In this document: piece after piece, positions 29,142 to 37,819 of the stretch
Numbering within the stretch: position 1 is the stretch's first letter
Layout: each line of letters starts with the position of its first letter
Assembly: GCA_913055645.1 (NCBI GenBank)
Contig: CAJXLC010000003.1
Span: 3,397-67,396, forward strand
Origin: an uncultured Pseudomonadota bacterium
GTDB taxonomy: Bacteria > Pseudomonadota > Zetaproteobacteria > Mariprofundales > Mariprofundaceae
Length of the DNA stretch: 64,000 bases
Direction: 5' to 3'
Position numbers and translations under genes: made by a program
The notes under the pieces: generated by a model
Database searches by the model: none
What the model saw: the letters and a program-made list of their open reading frames with translations, nothing else
Told to the model about the DNA's origin: nothing

Positions 29142-31774
29142 TGTTCGTCTCCAAGAATCTTTTTCACTTCTTGGCTCAAAGCTTTTGCTGTATAAGGTTT
29201 TTGGATAAACCCTGCCAAGCCCTTACCAGAGAACTGTTGAATGGCATCTTGTGAATTGTAGCCACTGCTTAGAATAACACGACATTCAGGGTTCACCTGT
29301 TTGAGTTCCGTAAACAGTTCTTTGCCATCCATACGTGGCATGGTCAAATCCGTCAGCACAAAGCGAATGCTATCCTGATGTTTCTTATACATCGTAAAGG
29401 CTTCTTCGCCATTGGCTGCAGCCATAATCTCAAAGCCCAAGTCTTCTAACATCATACAAGCCATTTCACGTACCGTTTCTTCATCATCGACAACCAGCGC
29501 AACGCCACCAGAAAAGTGAGGCATCGGTGTTGAGCTCTGTATTTTTTCAGTGACTTCGCTCGTCGATTCATCGACAGGCAGTAGGAATTTAAACGTAGTA
29601 CCACGACCAGGCTCTGAATAAACTTTTAATGCACCATCATGACCACGTACAATACCCAACACAGCACTCATACCCAGCCCACGCCCTGTTACTTTGGTTG
29701 TAAAGAAAGGATCAAATACCTTACGTATGGTTTCCTTATCCATTCCGCAACCTGTATCGCTGACTTCCACATAGATAAACCGACCCGGTGTCACATGATC
29801 AGCCGCATAACAGTCTGCAAGGTAGTCCTCCTTTGCATGCATGATGCCCGTAGTTATTGATATCACACCACTCTTACCCTCAATGGCTTCATTGGCATTG
29901 GTGACCAGATTCATCACCACCTGCTGAATCTGCGCTTCATCAACCATAGCTTCTGGTAATTGTTCGGACAGGTGATATTTAATCACAACTGCTTTGTCGA
30001 TGGATACTTCCAGCAGGTGGGTCATCTCATCCACCACGGATGATAAATCAATCAATTTCAGAACAAATTGGCCCTTACCTGAATAGGCAAGCATTTGCTT
30101 ACATAATACACCAGCTCTTTCCGACACCTGAATGATTTTAGAGACACGCTCTTTTGCCTTCAAAGGATCTGTCAGCACAGCTGATTCAGCCAGAGAAGCA
30201 TTGCCTAGAATGGCTGTAAGCAGATTATTAAAATCATGGGCAATGCCACCTGCCAAAACCCCTAGACTTTCCAGTCGCTGTGAGTGCTGCACCTGTTGTT
30301 CCAACTGTTCTCGTTCACTTTCAGCTTTTCGTTTATCAGTAATATCGAGAAAGGTAACCACACTACCGACAATATCATCACCCTCAAACAAAGGGTGAGA
30401 CCAATACTCTACTTTCACTTCACGCCCATCCTTGTGCCAGAAGGATTCATCATCACTGTGTACATATGTCTTCTGTCGGTGAGCATGGTAGATATTACAT
30501 TCATCGACGGGATAAGCGCTGCCATCTGGGTGAGTGTGATGAATGAGATTATGTACATTTTTTCCAATCACCTCATCTTTTTCATAACCCAATATATTGA
30601 GAAAAGAGCGATTTACAAAGGTGCAGTTGCCATCCATATTAATCCCGTAAATCCCTCCCGCTGTAGATTCCAATAGTAAATTTCGATGCCGATTGGTCTC
30701 ACGTTCTGTGCGAACACGCAAACGAGTATATGCCACCACCCCTATAAGCCCACCAACCAATATGACCAGCAGTAGCAATATCATCACGTTGCGCACATAA
30801 GTATATTGAGCCATAGCTTCGGTCTGATCAATTTCTGTAACAATCGCGGCTTGCAACACATTATCCCATTGCCAAACACCCAATACAGGTACACCGCGAT
30901 AATCTCGATAGCCATCGGCATTCCAACCCTGCCCATGTGATGCCATTGCTTGCTGAACAGCCAATGTCAAAGGTCGATCAGTAACTGGCACAGCATGCTC
31001 AGCATCAAGCATCAGATTCACGCCAGGATCGGAAACCTTAATGTTCAATGTGCTCATTTGCCCATGCTTCAACAGTCCTATTTTAACAAGATTATCTTTA
31101 AAGCGTGACTCCGATAACATCATCCCTTGCTTATTAACAAGGTAGGTCTCTCCCGATTTATAGCTGCGACCAGATGCCAGTGTTGTTGCAGAAAAGCGAT
31201 ACTTAGAGCCCAACGCCAGTGCAAAGTATCCAATCGCTTTACCTTGCGTGCCCATAATACTTCTAAGCAGCCACATGTTTGTTTGTCCGCCATATTGAAA
31301 TGCATGCGTAACCACAAATGCTTCACCATGATCAAGCCGATACAAGGCTTTGACAATAATATCGGGTACATTTTTTCCTGTATCACGCTCTTTCATGGAT
31401 ACCATGATCTGTTGCTGCTTATTAATGAGGTAAAATCCGCTAAAATGCTGCAAAAAAATATTCTCTGCCAGCATCATGCGCAAAGAGAAGCGTTCACTTG
31501 CTGAAGAGGAGCCTTGTTGCAAGCCATGCAATAAAGCCAAATGAACCTTATCATCACTGATTGTTAGTGCTGCGGTAGTAGACATGGTGTTTATTTGCCT
31601 ATGTAGAGCCGTTTGAACATTCCTGTTTACGCTTGTAAGATTACTCATCGCTTGATCAGTCAGATGCATTCTTAAGTTGAAAAGCGCCACAGCCACAGCC
31701 ACAGCCACAGCCACAGCCACAGCCACAGCCACAGCCACAGGGTATGTATTGTTTATCCTTTTGCGCAAATGCAT
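29138..31774 (-). CDS. Hybrid sensor histidine kinase / response regulator with Cache-like periplasmic domain and PAS
   Basis: 878 aa. The layout is TM1 (VA repeat), a periplasmic region of about 300 aa, TM2 [23 protein letters not shown], His[12 protein letters not shown], HATPase DTGCGM/GRGLGMS, and receiver [12 protein letters not shown]. Confidence 0.9.
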   Translation of the reverse strand: MHLRKRINNTYPVAVAVAVAVAVAVAVAVALFNLRMHLTDQAMSNLTSVNRNVQTALHRQINTMSTTAALTISDDKVHLALLHGLQQGSSSASERFSLRMMLAENIFLQHFSGFYLINKQQQIMVSMKERDTGKNVPDIIVKALYRLDHGEAFVVTHAFQYGGQTNMWLLRSIMGTQGKAIGYFALALGSKYRFSATTLASGRSYKSGETYLVNKQGMMLSESRFKDNLVKIGLLKHGQMSTLNIKVSDPGVNLMLDAEHAVPVTDRPLTLAVQQAMASHGQGWNADGYRDYRGVPVLGVWQWDNVLQAAIVTEIDQTEAMAQYTYVRNVMILLLLVILVGGLIGVVAYTRLRVRTERETNRHRNLLLESTAGGIYGINMDGNCTFVNRSFLNILGYEKDEVIGKNVHNLIHHTHPDGSAYPVDECNIYHAHRQKTYVHSDDESFWHKDGREVKVEYWSHPLFEGDDIVGSVVTFLDITDKRKAESEREQLEQQVQHSQRLESLGVLAGGIAHDFNNLLTAILGNASLAESAVLTDPLKAKERVSKIIQVSERAGVLCKQMLAYSGKGQFVLKLIDLSSVVDEMTHLLEVSIDKAVVIKYHLSEQLPEAMVDEAQIQQVVMNLVTNANEAIEGKSGVISITTGIMHAKEDYLADCYAADHVTPGRFIYVEVSDTGCGMDKETIRKVFDPFFTTKVTGRGLGMSAVLGIVRGHDGALKVYSEPGRGTTFKFLLPVDESTSEVTEKIQSSTPMPHFSGGVALVVDDEETVREMACMMLEDLGFEIMAAANGEEAFTMYKKHQDSIRFVLTDLTMPRMDGKELFTELKQVNPECRVILSSGYNSQDAIQQFSGKGLAGFIQKPYTAKALSQEVKKILGDEQ
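31686..31739. repeat. Perfect hexanucleotide microsatellite (GCCACA)x9
   Basis: I counted nine uninterrupted units. On the minus strand they read GTGGCT, encoding (Val-Ala)9 at codons 13-30 of the kinase. Confidence 0.97.
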
Positions 31775-31951
31775 CTCCTATCAAACAATCATCGCAATTA
31801 TGACAGCAAACTTTCCGAAAGTTCAAGAATATTTGTTGTTCAAGCCATAGCTTGTATATCTGATAAGCAACATTATGCTGCGGAAAATTCAAACCTTGCC
31901 AATTTAGTATACAGCGGCGGGTTAATCTTCTTTTTTACACGGAAAAACACA

Positions 31952-33544
31952 TTGATTTCTACATCTGCCATCACCATGCAATTCGGGGATAAACCCCTAT
32001 TCGAAAACGTCACAGTCAAGTTTGGCGATAACAATCGTTATGGACTGATTGGCGCTAATGGCTGTGGTAAATCAACGTTTATGAAAATATTGGGTGGGGA
32101 TTTGGTGCCAACTTCTGGCAATGTGCAAATTGGCGAGCATCAACGCATTGGTAAATTACGCCAAGATCACTTTGCTTTTGAAGCATTTACTGTACTTGAT
32201 ACAGTCATGATGGGACATGAACAACTTTGGAAAATCAAAGAAGAGCGCGATCGTATTTACAGTATGGAAGAAATGTCTGAAGAAGACGGTATGCGTGCTG
32301 GTGAATTAGAAAGCCAATTTGCCGACTTGGACGGTTATAGTGCCGATGCCAATGCTGGCGATTTATTGATTAGTATGGGTATTCCTGTGGAAGTCCACTA
32401 CGATTTAATGCAGTCGATTGCGCCAGGCTGGAAGCTACGTGTATTGCTTGCCCAAGCTTTATTTGGTGACCCTGAAATTATTTTACTTGATGAACCAACC
32501 AATAACTTAGACATCAATGCGATTCGCTGGCTAGAAACAGTGATTATGTCGCGCAATGCGACCATGATTATTATTTCCCATGATAGGCACTTTTTAAACA
32601 GTGTATGCACGCATATGGCAGATGTGGATTATGGCGAAATTCGTTTATATCCCGGCAATTATGATGATTATATGGAAGCTTCTGCTTTGGTTCAACAACA
32701 ATTATTAACCGAAAACGCCAAAAAATCTGAAGAAATTCAAGAACTTCAAGCTTTTGTGCGTCGTTTCTCTGCCAATGCATCCAAAGCAACACAAGCACAA
32801 TCACGCGCTAAAAAATTGGATAAGATTAAACTTGATGAAGTCAAAGTATCCAGTCGAGTGACCCCTTTTATGCGCTTCACGCAAGATAAAAAGTTATTTA
32901 AAATCGCTTTAGAACTCCAATCTGTGAGTAAGGGTTTTGATGAACAACCTCTTTTTAAGAACTTTGATTTGATGGTTCCTGTGGGTGAACGTGTTGCAAT
33001 TATTGGCCCTAATGGCATTGGCAAAACTACCTTGATGCGCTGCTTGGCAGGTGATTTAGATGCTGATGATGGTATCATTAAATGGTCTGAAAATGCCAAG
33101 ATTGGTTATTATGCGCAAGACCATTCAGCCGACTTTAAAGATAATGAAAAAGTTTTTGACTGGATGGCACAGTGGAAAAAAGAAGAGCACGGCGAGCAAG
33201 AAATTCGCGGCAACTTAGGGCGCATGTTATTTGATAAACATGATATTAAGAAAACGGTTCAGCAGCTTTCTGGTGGTGAGCAAGGGCGCATGTTATTTGG
33301 TAAGTTTATGTTCCTAAATCCCAATGTATTACTACTTGATGAGCCTACCAACCATATGGACATGGAATTCATTGAATCCTTGAATGCAGCCTTGGAACAA
33401 TATGAAGGTACATTGATTTTTGTTAGTCATGATCGCGAATTTGTATCATCATTGGCAACACGTATTATTGAGCTTACACCTGAAGGTATTGTGGATTATC
33501 ATGGTACATATGACGAATACTTAAAAAGCCAAGGGGTAAAATAA
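31952..33544 (+). CDS. ABC-F family ATPase (YbiT-like)
   Basis: It has two cassettes (GANGCGKST and GPNGIGKTT, with LSGGE signatures) and no TM segment. The N-terminus [12 protein letters not shown] aligns to YbiT-type starts, which favours TTG 31952. ATG 31976 is the alternative. The track ORF extends to 31769 only because no stop intervenes. Confidence 0.88.
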   Translation: MISTSAITMQFGDKPLFENVTVKFGDNNRYGLIGANGCGKSTFMKILGGDLVPTSGNVQIGEHQRIGKLRQDHFAFEAFTVLDTVMMGHEQLWKIKEERDRIYSMEEMSEEDGMRAGELESQFADLDGYSADANAGDLLISMGIPVEVHYDLMQSIAPGWKLRVLLAQALFGDPEIILLDEPTNNLDINAIRWLETVIMSRNATMIIISHDRHFLNSVCTHMADVDYGEIRLYPGNYDDYMEASALVQQQLLTENAKKSEEIQELQAFVRRFSANASKATQAQSRAKKLDKIKLDEVKVSSRVTPFMRFTQDKKLFKIALELQSVSKGFDEQPLFKNFDLMVPVGERVAIIGPNGIGKTTLMRCLAGDLDADDGIIKWSENAKIGYYAQDHSADFKDNEKVFDWMAQWKKEEHGEQEIRGNLGRMLFDKHDIKKTVQQLSGGEQGRMLFGKFMFLNPNVLLLDEPTNHMDMEFIESLNAALEQYEGTLIFVSHDREFVSSLATRIIELTPEGIVDYHGTYDEYLKSQGVK

Positions 33545-33547
33545 ATC

Positions 33548-33871
33548 ATGACAAAAGCACCTAGCAAACGCGTTAAAATGAATACGTTTTATGCTTGGGA
33601 TGACGATGTTCTGATATTAAATCTATTAGGAACGCCTAATGCTAAAGTCGATAAACTTGGCAAGCCCAAAGGTAATCAATTAAAAATCAATGTTGCCGCT
33701 GTGCCGCGTGGTGGAAAAGCCACCGATCATATGGTCAAATGGCTAAGCAAAGAATTTGGTGTTCGAGTATCTGATATTGAAGTCGTTTTTGGGCGCATGA
33801 ATGTCAATAAACAAATCCGTATTACTGCGCCAACTATTCTCCCAGCCGTCATTAAACGGCATGAAAAATAG
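33548..33871 (+). CDS. DUF167 (YggU/UPF0235) family protein
   Basis: 107 aa. The segment GGKATDHMVKWLSKEFGV...NVNKQIRI resembles YggU. Confidence 0.78.
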   Translation: MTKAPSKRVKMNTFYAWDDDVLILNLLGTPNAKVDKLGKPKGNQLKINVAAVPRGGKATDHMVKWLSKEFGVRVSDIEVVFGRMNVNKQIRITAPTILPAVIKRHEK

Positions 33872-33971
33872 CCGTAAAAAAAGAATCCACAACGATTGTC
33901 CTGATTTCTTATAAATAACACGGTATCATTGCCACATTGAACTATGACCGCATTCTTTAGAGGGCAAGCTT

Positions 33972-34427
33972 ATGAATAAACCCGATGCATACAAACCATC
34001 TCGTGAAACACTGCGAGCTCACCGTCAAATATTTTGGGATGCCTGGCAAAAGGCACAAGCAGATTTGCCATTGGATGCGTTGCAAGTGCGTATTGCACGG
34101 GTGATTAAAATGCACCCCGAATACCACTCTTTCTTTGACGATATGGAAGATTTTCTTGATCGTGATTTCGAAATGGATGATGGCATGAACCCTTATTTGC
34201 ATTTATCACTGCATTTGGCTCTTGAAGAGCAAGCTGCCACCAAACAGCCACCAGAAATGGCTCGTGCACTCGAGTATATGGTCGCTGTTAAGAAAATTGA
34301 TCGCCATGATGCTTTACATAAAATTCTCGAAATTCTTGCTGAAACAGTGCATCAATCGCAACGTGTAGGGCAAGAGCCCGATGTTTTAGCCTATGCCACA
34401 CGTCTCAAGGAGCTTATGCAATCATGA
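33972..34427 (+). CDS. DUF1841 family protein
   Basis: 151 aa. FWDAWQKA and HPEYHSFFDD are typical of DUF1841, from memory. Confidence 0.7.
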   Translation: MNKPDAYKPSRETLRAHRQIFWDAWQKAQADLPLDALQVRIARVIKMHPEYHSFFDDMEDFLDRDFEMDDGMNPYLHLSLHLALEEQAATKQPPEMARALEYMVAVKKIDRHDALHKILEILAETVHQSQRVGQEPDVLAYATRLKELMQS

Positions 34428-34753
34428 TTCGTAATATTATTGTCACATTACTATTTTTCTTTGGTCCTGCTTTGTTGATGTTTGTATTGCGAAATATGTT
34501 TTTCTTCTGGAAGTTGCGCCAAGCCATGAAAAAACGCCAACCTGATATTATTGATATTACACCGCAAAAACCGAACCCACCATCACATTTTTTTATTGCC
34601 AGTATTATTATCATCGGGCTCATCTCTGCATATTTTGCTTATTCGCAAATCACAATGAATCATGAAGTCCCACAAACGCAATATATCCCAGCACATATCA
34701 ATGCTCAGGGCGAGTTGGTTCCACAGCGGCGTATCACACGCCCTGCCCCATAA
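34424..34753 (+). CDS. Small two-TM membrane protein, hypothetical
   Basis: 109 aa with two hydrophobic helices. It shares an ATGA overlap with the DUF1841 gene. Confidence 0.55.
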   Translation: MIRNIIVTLLFFFGPALLMFVLRNMFFFWKLRQAMKKRQPDIIDITPQKPNPPSHFFIASIIIIGLISAYFAYSQITMNHEVPQTQYIPAHINAQGELVPQRRITRPAP

Positions 34754-34756
34754 TGG

Positions 34757-34909
34757 CTAAATTTTGAATGCCTGCGTTTTTTCCATATCCGGTTCTTTAA
34801 CAGCTTTCACACGAACATTGGTGCCACAGAATGGGCATTCATAAATATCTGCCTTTTCTGCCTGAAATTTTTCTTTGCAACGCGGGCATGTCATCTTAAC
34901 CTGTTTCAT
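34757..34909 (-). CDS. Small zinc-ribbon protein (50 aa)
   Basis: The sequence is MKQVKMTCPRCKEKFQAEKADIYECPFCGTNVRV, with a CPRC...CPFC pair. GGGAGGA lies 4 nt upstream of ATG 34909. The longer track ORF (to 34966) runs into the repeat element. Confidence 0.55.
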   Translation of the reverse strand: MKQVKMTCPRCKEKFQAEKADIYECPFCGTNVRVKAVKEPDMEKTQAFKI

Positions 34910-34939
34910 TATTCCTCCCGAATATGATGCTCTAACTCT

Positions 34940-35084
34940 TGAATAACAAAATGATGAATCTATCATTTGTTATTCATTCGTTGGGTTTTCACACGCGACA
35001 TGGGTCGCTTTTGAATAACAAATTATATATTCTATCATTTGTTATTCATTCGTTGTTTTTTTTCGCAACGCAACATGTGTCGCT
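34940..35084. repeat. Tandem duplication (period 72 nt), each unit with an 11-bp perfect palindrome plus family module M2 (R3)
   Basis: TGAATAACAAA-N15-TTTGTTATTCA occurs at 34940-34976 and at 35012-35048. M2 copies lie at 34986-35009 and 35060-35084. Confidence 0.85.
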
Positions 35085-35158
35085 ATTCAGCACTTCATAA
35101 AACATCATGTTGAATTTAGCGAAAAATAACAAATCTAAGAACTGCAATTGAAGGTGAT

Positions 35159-37819
35159 ATGAGCGATAAAATCAAGCCAAAAATAATTTCGGATAGTGAT
35201 ACGCTGCAACTACTCGCGCAAAGCGGCATGCTTATCACCCACAGTCCGCAACTGGCAAACGATTGGAAACGACGCTATAGCAGCAACCAAAGCATGCCAG
35301 CCTGTGAAACACCTAGGGTTTATACTTGGTCTGCATGGTTATCCGAATTATTTCAGCAAACATCGGACAAAGTTTGTCTCAAAGACATACAAGAACAGTT
35401 GCTTTGGCAGCACATTATCAAAAATGATGTTCCCCATATCGCAGAAAGCAGCATTCGTGGTCTCGCCAAACAAGCGATGCAAGCTTATGCATTGTTGCAA
35501 TCTTACCAAGTACCCTTGCAAACCCTAAGCCAAGCAGGCGGTGATGAAGCGGAAGCACTCGTGCGTTGGATTGAGTATATCCATCATCAACTGACCCAAC
35601 CTTCCTATCAATCATATATGCTCAAAGCAGATATAGCTGCACGACTTCTAAACGATGATGTACACTTAGCATTGCCAACATCCATCATACTTGATGGTTT
35701 TGAACACTTTACCCCCATACAAGCACAACACCTTCAAATGTATGCAAAGGCTGGTATTTCAATCTATCAAGTGCAACGCACCCGCACGGCACATGCCATG
35801 ACCCTTACACCGTGCCAAGATACGCATGCTGAATACCAGCATATTGCATTACAAACCCAAGCCATCCTTAAGCAACATCCACAAGCTCGCATTGCCCTTA
35901 TAACCACACAACAACATCAACAAACAGAGCTCTCTACGCTACAAAGGCATATGCAAAAAGTTCTTACATCTGAATCATGTATGCACCCTGATATACAAAC
36001 CAACACTATCAGCATGCAAGGCGATACATTGGCAGATACCGCCATGGTTCAACAAGCATTACACCTACTTAGCCAGTGTATGCGCCATGACATGCCTTTT
36101 GAAGATTTCTCACCCTTACTATTTTACCCTTGGTTACGCGGATTTGAACAAGAACGTATGGCACGAGCCACGCTGGATGCCTGCTTTCGCCAACAGAATC
36201 GTCATCACATTCAACTTAAAAGCCTACTAAAATCATCAGAAACTCAAAAAACGCCAGTATTTAAACATCTCATTGAGATTATAAGCATATGGCAACAAAG
36301 CACGCCTAAAAAGCAACCTGCAGAACACTGGATTAAAGCCTGCCAACACCTCTTACAGCAGTCTGGATTCATGCAAGCTGGTCAAGAGCATGAAGCAGTT
36401 CGTAATCGCTACGAAATACAACTGATGAATGCACTACATGAGAGCCTCACCAGTTTAATAGCCCTTGATGTCATGCAAAAAGAATATTCATGGAGCGAGT
36501 TTCTTACTTGGCTGCGTTCAAGTTGTGCACAAACACAGGTGCCACAAGAGGTTTCCTTTAATAATATAAGTGTGTTAAACATGCAGCAAGCCATTGGTAT
36601 GCAGTTTGATTATGTATTTATTTTAGGCATGGATAACGCCAGTTACCCACCCACTGCTCGCCCGCAAGGTTTTATCCCCATACGTATTCAACAAGACTAT
36701 CATATGCCCATGTCACATGGTGCATTGGTGTTTGAATCATCACACTGGTTGTGGCAACAAATGCAATATATCGCGCCTAATATCATGGTAAGCTATGCGC
36801 TTGTGCGCGATGAACAAGCCATGCAGCCATGCAGTTTTGTTGCCGAACTCCCCATAGCAGAAGCTTTATCCGAACATCAAAATATCGAAACTTGGGCAAG
36901 TGAAGCTTTTGATGATACACAAACCATAGCCGTTACCGATACCACACACATTCGCGGCGGCACTGCCATCATCAAACATCAATCAGCCTGCCCATTCCGT
37001 GCTTTTGCCGTGCATCGTTTACACATTGAAGCACTGGGAGAAACCAGCCTAGGCATTGAAGCCTCTAGTAAAGGTTCATTGATTCATTTGGCACTGGAAT
37101 ATATTTGGCAACAGTTACTTACCCAACAGAAATTGCTTGATATGAACACCGAACAACAACAAAAACTTATTCATGATAGTATTGAATATGCTTGGGAAAA
37201 TAATAAAAAACCCATTGATTTTCATGACCAAGACATCGAGAAAAAACGTATGTTTTCTTTATTACAACAATGGTTAGCATTGGAATGCACGCGCCCAGCC
37301 TTCCAAATAGAAGCATTGGAAAAGACCTATCAGCTATTGTTACCATCAGATAGTAAACCAGCACTACCCATCACCATCAAGGCAGATCGTATGGATAAAG
37401 ATGTGCATGGTCATCGCATACTCATTGATTATAAAACAGGGCAAAAGCAAACTTCTGGGAAATGGCTTGGCGAACGTATCGCTGAACCACAACTACCCAT
37501 GTATGCCCTTGCCGCCGAGCTAACAGAAGAGGATGCAGTTAGCTTTGCCAGTGTTCGCAGTGGTGATGATATGGGATTTGAAGGTTTAAGCGGACATGAT
37601 ATGGGTATCAAAGGGCTAACCCTTTGCGATGGTAAACGCAGTCGCCCCGATGATTGGCAAGCCGTTTTAGGTACATGGCGAGAGCAAATAGATGCACTAG
37701 CACACGAATTTATGCAAGGTCGAAGTGATGTTAGTCCGCGCGATAAATCAGCATGTGATTACTGCAAGCTCGAAGCAATCTGTCGTATTGATGAGTTGAA
37801 AAGTGAGGTGCAAGCATGA
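35159..37819 (+). CDS. AddB-like PD-(D/E)XK nuclease with Fe-S cluster cysteines (TIGR03623-type probable DNA repair protein)
   Basis: 886 aa with a nuclease motif LIDYKTGQ. The Cys ligands are at 36989-36991 plus C-x2-C-x5-C (CDYCKLEAIC, 37754-37783). An AAGGTGA ribosome-binding site is present. Confidence 0.82.
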   Translation: MSDKIKPKIISDSDTLQLLAQSGMLITHSPQLANDWKRRYSSNQSMPACETPRVYTWSAWLSELFQQTSDKVCLKDIQEQLLWQHIIKNDVPHIAESSIRGLAKQAMQAYALLQSYQVPLQTLSQAGGDEAEALVRWIEYIHHQLTQPSYQSYMLKADIAARLLNDDVHLALPTSIILDGFEHFTPIQAQHLQMYAKAGISIYQVQRTRTAHAMTLTPCQDTHAEYQHIALQTQAILKQHPQARIALITTQQHQQTELSTLQRHMQKVLTSESCMHPDIQTNTISMQGDTLADTAMVQQALHLLSQCMRHDMPFEDFSPLLFYPWLRGFEQERMARATLDACFRQQNRHHIQLKSLLKSSETQKTPVFKHLIEIISIWQQSTPKKQPAEHWIKACQHLLQQSGFMQAGQEHEAVRNRYEIQLMNALHESLTSLIALDVMQKEYSWSEFLTWLRSSCAQTQVPQEVSFNNISVLNMQQAIGMQFDYVFILGMDNASYPPTARPQGFIPIRIQQDYHMPMSHGALVFESSHWLWQQMQYIAPNIMVSYALVRDEQAMQPCSFVAELPIAEALSEHQNIETWASEAFDDTQTIAVTDTTHIRGGTAIIKHQSACPFRAFAVHRLHIEALGETSLGIEASSKGSLIHLALEYIWQQLLTQQKLLDMNTEQQQKLIHDSIEYAWENNKKPIDFHDQDIEKKRMFSLLQQWLALECTRPAFQIEALEKTYQLLLPSDSKPALPITIKADRMDKDVHGHRILIDYKTGQKQTSGKWLGERIAEPQLPMYALAAELTEEDAVSFASVRSGDDMGFEGLSGHDMGIKGLTLCDGKRSRPDDWQAVLGTWREQIDALAHEFMQGRSDVSPRDKSACDYCKLEAICRIDELKSEVQA

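Noticed and set aside
31656-31892. 78-aa minus-strand ORF reading the microsatellite as (Cys-Gly)n
   Set aside because: It is an alternative frame of the same repeat with no downstream domain. The Val-Ala frame continues into an 878-aa kinase with all expected domains.
31769-31951. N-terminal extension of the ABC-F ORF. Similar extensions occur for mnmA (6539-6631), yjgA (45068-45169), hpnC (46894-46941), thiO (46876-46899), the receiver (51866-51928) and the zinc ribbon (34910-34966).
   Set aside because: These extensions precede the conserved family N-termini and overlap neighbouring genes or promoter and repeat DNA. They lack ribosome-binding sites, so I preferred internal starts.
34940-35084. 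Possible CRISPR-like array, given repeated palindromic units
   Set aside because: There are only two units. The so-called spacers are themselves homologous between units, and no cas genes are present. The pattern is a tandem duplication, not a CRISPR array.
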